From Candidatus Latescibacterota bacterium (lineage in GTDB: Bacteria > Latescibacterota > UBA2968 > UBA8231): a DNA stretch of 64,000 nucleotides. The stretch spans positions 2,400,001-2,464,000 of the forward strand of contig CBDFJF010000002.1 in NCBI GenBank assembly GCA_965248265.1, read 5' to 3'. Positions 57,070-64,000 of this stretch are shown piece after piece (the stretch's first letter is position 1; each line of letters starts with the position of its first letter). A program made the translations under genes and the position numbers. The notes under the pieces are model-generated. The model did not search any database. It had not been told where the DNA came from and worked only from the letters and a program-made list of their open reading frames with translations.

Positions 57070-58911
57070 TCAGGCCGGCTCCGTCGGCAGAATCAAAGCC
57101 GAGGGGTATTCCGGCGTGTGAAAGATCTGTTGTTCGGCGCGGATCAGTTCGGCATCGGCCAGGTCGTTGCGTCCGGTATTGTGGTTGCGGTCGTGGTTGG
57201 GGAAGTCGCTGCTGGTGATTTCCAGACGAATTCGATGTCCCTGCACAAAGCAGCAGGCTGTCGGTCCCAGCTCGATTCGCAATTCTATGACTTCTCCGGG
57301 CTCGAGGAATTCCTCGATGTCGAGGGAGTTGCGGTGTCTGGACCGTACCATGCCATAGCAGATTTCGCGCGCAGGTCCGAGGGTGGCTGACGGGCTCGAG
57401 GAATCACCACGGATGATGTGGTACCATGGTATGTCCTGGTTCACGGCCGCCTCGTCGGGAAATTCGTCGACCAGCCGGGCGAAGAAGTCGGTATCTGGGG
57501 CCGTCGATGAAACGAAGAGGACGACTTCCGGGTAGCCGGCAATTTCCACGGGATCAGCCAGGGGGGCGCTGCGGTAGTAGAGAATATCATGACGGTGTTC
57601 GAGCACGCGACGATCGGCCGGGGCCGTATACCACTCGGGACTCCACAGGGTGGGCACCGGATCGCGAGGGTCGTATGTGTATGAGTCGCTTTCGCTCCCT
57701 CCGTTCGCAGCGTTTGTGGCAAGAGAGCCGTCACCACGAGCGTCACCGGCATTCCCGTCGCTGGCCAGTCGATAGGACACCGGTTCGACTTGCGGTGGCG
57801 GCCAGGTCTGCACGCTCTTCCACCGATTGCTGCCCATGACGAAATAACGGACCGCGGGCTCCTCGTCGACACCGTTGGCGAGTCCCTTCAACCAGTGATC
57901 GAACCAGCGGATGATCATCTCCTGCTTGTCGACTGCAGCCAGCTCTCCGAAGTCGATTCCGCAGACCTCGCGATCGCCGAGTCCGGGATGATTCCAGGGG
58001 CCGGCGATGAGCTTGGTCTGGCTGCGGGCTTGTGCGCTACGCCCGTTTTTCTGCATCAAAGGCAGATGGTGCATGGTGTCGTTGCAGTGATCGTACCAGC
58101 CGCTGAAGTCGAGGTTGGGGACGTCGACTTCGCGGTGGATTTCGGAAAGCTTCCAGGGCGTGCGGTTTGGGTGCCTCAACCAGTCTTCTGCATACTCGGC
58201 CAGGCCCTTGGGCAGGTACCTGGGAAAGTCCAGCCAGGGCAGGAATCCGAGCCAGGAGGATTGCGATGTCTCGTTCCACAGTTGGTTTGCTTCGTCCGGC
58301 GTATGCGGTCCGGGTTGGCCCGATCGACGCCAAAGATCCGGAGCTATGTTCGCCATCCACCATCGTATGCGCCGTCCGGGGCGAAACCCACCCGGCCAGT
58401 CCACGGCGGTTAGTTCCAGGGGAATGGTACAGGCACACATGGCGACCAGATGGGGCGGTCGCAACTTGGCCAATTGCCACTGCATCCAGCCGTTGTAGGA
58501 ATAACCCATCGTACCGATGCGTCCGTTGCAGTACGGTCGCGTTGCCAACCACTCCACCGTATCGTAGCCGTCCTCCGCGTCCCCGGTGTCTTCGACGGTG
58601 AATGGAACCCAGTCGCCGTCCGAGGCGTACCGACCGCGGCTGTCCTGGACGACGACGACGTAGCCGGCACGGACGAAGCGATCGAACTTTCCCTGGCGGA
58701 ATTTGCCGTATGGAGTGCGTACCAGCAGTCCGGGGAACACCCCTTCGGCCTCGGGACGAAACACGTCAGCGCGCAAGACAACGCCATCGCGCATGATTGC
58801 AGGTACGTCCGGCTCGGTGACGATCCCGAGGGCGCGGGCACCACCTGCTGTTTCGTCAGCGCTCGCCATCAGCGCAAACGCTCCTGCACCACTTTCTGTT
58901 CTATCCTGCAC
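57070..58911 (-). CDS. CocE/NonD family hydrolase
   Basis: MRDGVVLRAD, RTPY, QDSRGR..SDG, GYSY.G, GWYD, GPWNH, GHRIRLEI.SS.FP. Confidence 0.92.
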   Translation of the reverse strand: MQDRTESGAGAFALMASADETAGGARALGIVTEPDVPAIMRDGVVLRADVFRPEAEGVFPGLLVRTPYGKFRQGKFDRFVRAGYVVVVQDSRGRYASDGDWVPFTVEDTGDAEDGYDTVEWLATRPYCNGRIGTMGYSYNGWMQWQLAKLRPPHLVAMCACTIPLELTAVDWPGGFRPGRRIRWWMANIAPDLWRRSGQPGPHTPDEANQLWNETSQSSWLGFLPWLDFPRYLPKGLAEYAEDWLRHPNRTPWKLSEIHREVDVPNLDFSGWYDHCNDTMHHLPLMQKNGRSAQARSQTKLIAGPWNHPGLGDREVCGIDFGELAAVDKQEMIIRWFDHWLKGLANGVDEEPAVRYFVMGSNRWKSVQTWPPPQVEPVSYRLASDGNAGDARGDGSLATNAANGGSESDSYTYDPRDPVPTLWSPEWYTAPADRRVLEHRHDILYYRSAPLADPVEIAGYPEVVLFVSSTAPDTDFFARLVDEFPDEAAVNQDIPWYHIIRGDSSSPSATLGPAREICYGMVRSRHRNSLDIEEFLEPGEVIELRIELGPTACCFVQGHRIRLEITSSDFPNHDRNHNTGRNDLADAELIRAEQQIFHTPEYPSALILPTEPA

Positions 58912-58915
58912 GGCA

Positions 58916-59815
58916 TCAGCGCAGGGCTCCGGTCTGGATCGCGCTCACGGGGACTTCCAGCAGGTCCTCACCGAAAATGGTGTTGCCGGTGAAGATCTCG
59001 CCTACTTCCTGCAGCACGCGCTCACGCACGCCGACGGCTTCCATCTGTTCGGTGATATGGACGAGGACCAGGGTGCGGACACCAGCGTCGCGGGCAGTGC
59101 GGGCGGCGTCGAGGTGGCCGGAACAGCACTGGGTGATGCGCGGATCCGTGACACTGTTGTTATCCAGATGGCACATGTGCAGGAGGACATCGGCGTCACG
59201 TGCCAGCTGTGTCAGCTTCGGTGTTGGCGCTGTGTCCCCTCCGAACACGATGGACACGCCAGACGCTGTTGTAAGCCGGTAGGCCAGACAGGTAAGCTGG
59301 GGTTGAACGTGGACGACCTCGGCTGTCTCCAGGCGCCAGCCGGTTCCCTCGATGACGCTGCCGTCGGCGACCTCGGTTACGTCAGGTTGCGGCAAACGGC
59401 GTGGCAGTTGGCCGCCGCGGGCCTCGACGACGAAGTGACTACCCGGGTGCACGGTACGCGCCGACAGGTCGGGGCCGTACACGCCTGAGGCGCCAAAGAG
59501 CAGCTCGGTCATGTTGGCGACTGGAGCCGGACCGTAGACATCCAGGTCTGGAATCTTACCCACTCCCTGGTCCCAGCGCGTCAGCACCAGGTAGCCGTAG
59601 TCGACGCAGTGATCGTAGTGCAGATGGGTGAGAAAGAGGTCGGTGATACGGCGCAGGTCGAAGCCGCCTTCCAGGAGCCGGCGCACGCACGCGGGGCCGC
59701 AGTCGAAGAGGAGCACCTGATCGCCACACTCGAGCAGGTAACTCGACCCGGCCCGGTGGTGCGACGGCGTCGGCGTGCCGGTACCCAGCAAGGTCAGCTT
59801 GATGCCGTCGGTCAT
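58916..59815 (-). CDS. MBL-fold metallohydrolase (RNase Z/arylsulfatase-like)
   Basis: LLGTG.P, FDCG, THLHYDH, GGDT, LVLVH. Confidence 0.88.
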   Translation of the reverse strand: MTDGIKLTLLGTGTPTPSHHRAGSSYLLECGDQVLLFDCGPACVRRLLEGGFDLRRITDLFLTHLHYDHCVDYGYLVLTRWDQGVGKIPDLDVYGPAPVANMTELLFGASGVYGPDLSARTVHPGSHFVVEARGGQLPRRLPQPDVTEVADGSVIEGTGWRLETAEVVHVQPQLTCLAYRLTTASGVSIVFGGDTAPTPKLTQLARDADVLLHMCHLDNNSVTDPRITQCCSGHLDAARTARDAGVRTLVLVHITEQMEAVGVRERVLQEVGEIFTGNTIFGEDLLEVPVSAIQTGALR

Positions 59816-61728
59816 GGTAATCCTCCTGCGACTTCGATCATGGCCAGCAATCCGCGCGGGACAAATTCACCCAGGATGAGTCCCAGGAAAAAGGGGCGCA
59901 GTTGCATGAACAGCCTGGCGCCGCCGTAGCGCAACACGGCACTCTTGATCACCCAGGCCAATAGAACGGTAAAGAACATCTTGTTCGCCGCCATGCTGAT
60001 GGGAAAGCTGATCGGGTGGAAGGGCCACCAGGCATAGCGCTGCTGCACGATCATCAGCACGGCCATGGCGATGCCGCCGATGGCGGTGTAGCCCCAGTAC
60101 TCCCATCGCGGGCCCTGCGGCGAGATCATGCGCGAGGCCGCGTCCACGAACGGCCACTGGGACTGGGTCTTGAAGAAATGAGAGGTGTTGAGGCCGCCGT
60201 AGGTGTAGGCGAGGTCCAGAACCATCCAGATGGCGCTGAGGAAACTGACGAGTATGGCGACGAGCATACTCCAGAAGATCAGACGACGATTCTTCTGCAC
60301 GGTCTCGTCGATGACCTTGAGGCCGTTTGCGCACGAAGTCATGACGAAGATGATGATGTCGCTGGCATAGATGTAGGTGAAGGCCAGCGACATGATCCCC
60401 GGTGCCCCCAGGGCCCGGGTGCCGAAGCTGCCGACGATGACGTCAGAGGCGATGATCGGCGCGAACAGGTAGGGCAGTCCGCCCTCGGCGATGATGCGGG
60501 TGATACCCAGGTAGAGGACCATGAGGAAAAACAGGTAAATCGGAGCGATCCAGGCCGGCATTCCCGTCACCCACAGCCAGAAGCCCATGAAGAGCAGACA
60601 AGCCAACAAGATGAACACGGAGGCCCGGTACGAGAGGATCTCCCCGGAGTCGTCGATGTCTGCACCGCGGCCGAGGGCTTTGCGCAGCACCTGGCGCAGA
60701 TGGTCGCGGCCATTCCACAGGCCGAAGAGGACGAGGACGACGAAGGCGCCCAAGCCTTGATGGGACAGAACCGGCTCTCCCCGCTTCCAATGACTGAAAA
60801 TAGGATCGTCGAACCCACCACCCGAGAGAGTCAGGATGACCTTCTGGAGGATATTGATGAGGAAGAAGAAACAGAGGCCGAGGGAGACCTCACGACGAAT
60901 CAGATAAGCGAACCCCAGCATCATGAAGTTGACGCCGATTCGGACCCCGATGACGTCCCGGAAGATGTAGACGTAGTTGCCGAAGATGTGGATGTAGGGA
61001 AGCTCGGGATAGTAGCGCGTCAGTCCGTTCTGCAGGTGGATGACGAAGGCCAGTGTGAAGCCGAGCCACATCACCCAGCTCTTGAAAAACGGCTTGATCA
61101 GAGATCCGTCCTCGCCATCCTGGATCATGGCGACGGGCAGCTGCGTCATCGGAAAAATGAGGCGCTCGTTGTTTACCCATTGCCGGCGCAGGATCGACAT
61201 GATGCAGATCATCGACACGAATAATGACATGGCGAAGGGCAACCAATGCGCCAGCGGCGACAGCCAGATCTTCCATGGGATACCCTGACCGCGGGGCACG
61301 CCCTCATAGAAATCCTGGATGTCCTGGAAATCGCCGCGCGGTATGATCCAGCTCGGTATGTAGGGGAACAGCTCCTCGCGCCAGTTGTTCTCAGCGCCGG
61401 CATAGTAGATGGAGCTGGTGAGCTTGGGCAGGAAGTAGGAGACGAAGCCGTCCGTGGCGACCCCCGAACCGACGATCCACATGACATAGATCTGCGCCAG
61501 TTCGGCCGGCCGCAGCATCCAGCTGCGCCTGATGGCGCCGACGAGCGGGTTGATGACCAGGGAGACAATGAACAACATGATCACCGGCCCCGGCGTAAAA
61601 AACCAGTTCCCGAAGCCGCCGAACTTCAACATCATGTCGGAGTACTGGAAACCGGCGCCGACGATGAGACAACCGGCGGCGCCGACTGCGAGGGCGCGAC
61701 GGGAGGGGACCAGTGCTGAAGGAATCAT
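59812..61728 (-). CDS. Polytopic membrane protein, DUF6785/DUF6784-like putative transporter
   Basis: Many TM segments; ILRRQW...ERL.FP..QLP, RI.AEGG, WWPFHP, LRYGG, PFFLGLILG. Confidence 0.7.
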   Translation of the reverse strand: MIPSALVPSRRALAVGAAGCLIVGAGFQYSDMMLKFGGFGNWFFTPGPVIMLFIVSLVINPLVGAIRRSWMLRPAELAQIYVMWIVGSGVATDGFVSYFLPKLTSSIYYAGAENNWREELFPYIPSWIIPRGDFQDIQDFYEGVPRGQGIPWKIWLSPLAHWLPFAMSLFVSMICIMSILRRQWVNNERLIFPMTQLPVAMIQDGEDGSLIKPFFKSWVMWLGFTLAFVIHLQNGLTRYYPELPYIHIFGNYVYIFRDVIGVRIGVNFMMLGFAYLIRREVSLGLCFFFLINILQKVILTLSGGGFDDPIFSHWKRGEPVLSHQGLGAFVVLVLFGLWNGRDHLRQVLRKALGRGADIDDSGEILSYRASVFILLACLLFMGFWLWVTGMPAWIAPIYLFFLMVLYLGITRIIAEGGLPYLFAPIIASDVIVGSFGTRALGAPGIMSLAFTYIYASDIIIFVMTSCANGLKVIDETVQKNRRLIFWSMLVAILVSFLSAIWMVLDLAYTYGGLNTSHFFKTQSQWPFVDAASRMISPQGPRWEYWGYTAIGGIAMAVLMIVQQRYAWWPFHPISFPISMAANKMFFTVLLAWVIKSAVLRYGGARLFMQLRPFFLGLILGEFVPRGLLAMIEVAGGLP

Positions 61729-61793
61729 CTCGGACCGATTACGGGAGAATCACATACCAGGGCGGGCGTCGATCGTATTGATGCCCGCTGTCG

Positions 61794-62750
61794 TCAGAAC
61801 CCTTCCTTCTTGTCGCACACGTAGAGGAAGTCCTCGCCGGCAAGGTAGCGCCGTAGGTTTTCCTTGAAGATCGCTTTTAGGCCGACGAGCACACCGGCTG
61901 AGACGCCGGCAACATGGGGCGTGATCACGACGTTCGGCATCGACCACAGCGGGCTTTCCGGTGCCAGGGGCTCTTCCTCGAAGGCATCGATGCCGGCTCC
62001 GGCGATACGGCCCGATTGAAGGCCGTCGACGAGGGCGCTCTCATCGACGATGCCGCCTCGGGAGACGATGATGACGCGGGCACCCTCGGGTAGCAACTCG
62101 AGCTGGCGCCGGTCGATGAGTCCTCGCGTCCCCGGAGTGAGCGGCGCGGTTATTACCAGCCAATCCGACATGCCCACCATTTCGTCGAGCCGGTCGAGTC
62201 CCCAGGTCGCCTCGACCTCGGCCATGTCGGGTTTGGGGTGCTTGTCGACGGCATACACCTTCATGCCGAAGCCGTGGGCGCGACGGGCGACCGCCATGCC
62301 GACATCGCCAATGGCGAGAATACCCATGGTGCGGTCATCAAGATCCTGGTACTGCCACACGTAGTTCCAGGGGTCCCACTTGCGCTCCTGCTCGTGCAGG
62401 AAGAAATCATGCCACTTGTGCGCCAGGTTGAGGATCATGGCCATGGCGTGGTTGGCCATCGATGGAGCGTGCGGTCCGCGTGTGTTGGTGAGAATGATAT
62501 CGCTTTCGGCGAATCCGGGGACAGCGAGCGTGCTGTCGATGCCGGCTCCGGGAAGATGAAACCAGCGTAGCTGCCGGGCTTCGGCGAGCAGCTCCTCTGT
62601 AAGAAACCCATGGAACACTTCTGCGTCCCGGATGTGGAGTTTCTGGTCTTCCGCAGTCGTTGCGGTGACGATGTCGATCTCAGGAAAGGAGGCGGACAGG
62701 TCCTGGATGTAGGCCTCGTCTTCATCGAAGACGCCGTTCAGGACCTTCAT
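61794..62750 (-). CDS. D-2-hydroxyacid dehydrogenase
   Basis: GAGID, GILAIGDVG, PLTP.TRGLI, SRG.IVDE, D.FEEEPL, TPH. Confidence 0.92.
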   Translation of the reverse strand: MKVLNGVFDEDEAYIQDLSASFPEIDIVTATTAEDQKLHIRDAEVFHGFLTEELLAEARQLRWFHLPGAGIDSTLAVPGFAESDIILTNTRGPHAPSMANHAMAMILNLAHKWHDFFLHEQERKWDPWNYVWQYQDLDDRTMGILAIGDVGMAVARRAHGFGMKVYAVDKHPKPDMAEVEATWGLDRLDEMVGMSDWLVITAPLTPGTRGLIDRRQLELLPEGARVIIVSRGGIVDESALVDGLQSGRIAGAGIDAFEEEPLAPESPLWSMPNVVITPHVAGVSAGVLVGLKAIFKENLRRYLAGEDFLYVCDKKEGF

Positions 62751-63631
62751 CCGGACTTGCCGTTACCCCAGCGCTTGGGTGAGATGCCGGCGGCGTCGCG
62801 CGCCATGTTGTCGGGGCGATTTGGAAGGTCGAACTCGATGTCACGGGTATTCAGACTGCGGAAGAAGGGCTGGATCTTTTCCGGCAACCGGGCAATGATC
62901 TCCGGATCGCGATCCTCGACGTCATCGATCGGACCGGCCCAGGCCGGGCGATAAGCGATGGCGAGCATGCGGCGCGGACGGTCGCTGTGATTGGGAAAGT
63001 TGCCGTGAAAGATCTTCTGGTTGATGATGGCGGCCGATCCTGCCTTACAGGTCACCATCAGCTCCTCGGGGTGGCTGAGCAGGCGGCCATACGGACTGGC
63101 ATCGCGGTGCATGGACAGATGGGAACGTGGGATGACCTTGAAGGGAGAGCAGTCAGGCGTCAGGTCGTCGAGGTAGTAGAGGACGCGGGCGAGTATCGGA
63201 GAGCTGGCCTGCACCCCGAAAATTTTCGACCCGTAGGGTTGCGAATCGGTGTGAATGGCAATCCCGGGATGGCCGGGCTCAGAGCATCCCAGACCGATCG
63301 AGGTGCAGATGAGGTCATCGCCGAACAGGCTGGTCAGGAACTCAATCATGGGAGGATTGGCGATGGCGTCGATGGAGACGGGGCAATCCCGCATCCACAA
63401 ATCGTGGCATCCCTTCTGATGTTTGGAATAGTCGGTTGAGGTCATGGGCAGGCTGTCGAGTTCGCCGTGCAGCGCCGTGATCTGCTCTGGCGACAACAAA
63501 TCGGGAATAACGACGAAGCCCTCCAGCTCGATCGAACGGATCCGCTCCTGGGTCGTCAGGCTGAACCAGTCGGTGTCATCCTGACGTGCGTGGGCGATAT
63601 CTTCCTTTGAATTGGTGAATGAAGTATCCAT
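62747..63631 (-). CDS. PhyH family dioxygenase
   Basis: IHTD, YYLDDLT, PRSH, FHG..PN, RRM. Confidence 0.88.
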   Translation of the reverse strand: MDTSFTNSKEDIAHARQDDTDWFSLTTQERIRSIELEGFVVIPDLLSPEQITALHGELDSLPMTSTDYSKHQKGCHDLWMRDCPVSIDAIANPPMIEFLTSLFGDDLICTSIGLGCSEPGHPGIAIHTDSQPYGSKIFGVQASSPILARVLYYLDDLTPDCSPFKVIPRSHLSMHRDASPYGRLLSHPEELMVTCKAGSAAIINQKIFHGNFPNHSDRPRRMLAIAYRPAWAGPIDDVEDRDPEIIARLPEKIQPFFRSLNTRDIEFDLPNRPDNMARDAAGISPKRWGNGKSG

Positions 63632-63747
63632 CTTTGCGGCCTCTGTTTGGTGGGTTGTCGGCGATTCGATTACGTGGCACGAGCCAAAAGGACATTAGTC
63701 ATATTGGCTACAATGAACAAGATCATCCCACAGGGAGGAAGTGAGTT

Positions 63748-64000
63748 TTGGCCGAAGTCATAGAGCACAGGGATGTGGCCGTGCCGATGCGGGATGGCAC
63801 CATACTGCGGGCCGACGTGTACCTGCCGGGGAAGGGCGCAGAATCATCCGATGACGGCACCTTCCCGGCCCTGATGACGCGGACCCCTTATGACAAGAAT
63901 GTGGAGCGTTACATCGAGAATGGCCACAAGCTGGCGGAGAGGGGGTACGCCGTCGTCATGCAGGATGTGCGGGGACGCCATGCCTCCGACGGCGAATTCC
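63748..64000 (+). CDS. CocE/NonD hydrolase, partial (runs off window)
   Basis: GGGAGG RBS, TTG start; PMRDGTILRADVYLP, RTPYDK, GYAVVMQDVRGRHASDG. Confidence 0.85.
   Translation, partial: MAEVIEHRDVAVPMRDGTILRADVYLPGKGAESSDDGTFPALMTRTPYDKNVERYIENGHKLAERGYAVVMQDVRGRHASDGEF

Overview
This 64-kb GC-rich window is an accessory region with no core housekeeping genes, rRNA, tRNA, CRISPR array or intact transposase/integrase. It is a mosaic of catabolic genes (Gfo/Idh/MocA oxidoreductases, aldo-keto reductases, amidohydrolases, PhyH dioxygenases, UxuA, sialidase-like, CocE/S9 hydrolases). It also holds four paralogous GH32-like beta-propeller proteins, three large secreted proteins ending in a TPNGDGxND/FlgD-Ig domain, and two GT-C glycosyltransferase-TPR fusions. 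This gene content suggests an FCB-group lineage such as Latescibacterota (inference only). The main unexplained signal is non-coding: 11 dispersed dif/Xer-like imperfect palindromes (11 bp arm, 5-7 bp spacer, 11 bp arm, core ATAA-N5-7-TTAT). They fall into two polarised classes (A and B) with conserved flanks, sit at module junctions, and often abut truncated gene fragments. One site is split exactly at its centre by a 499-bp MITE with a 10-bp target duplication. The pattern suggests an undescribed, trans-mobilised system that builds gene mosaics. All calls were made by eye from motifs; no database searches were run.
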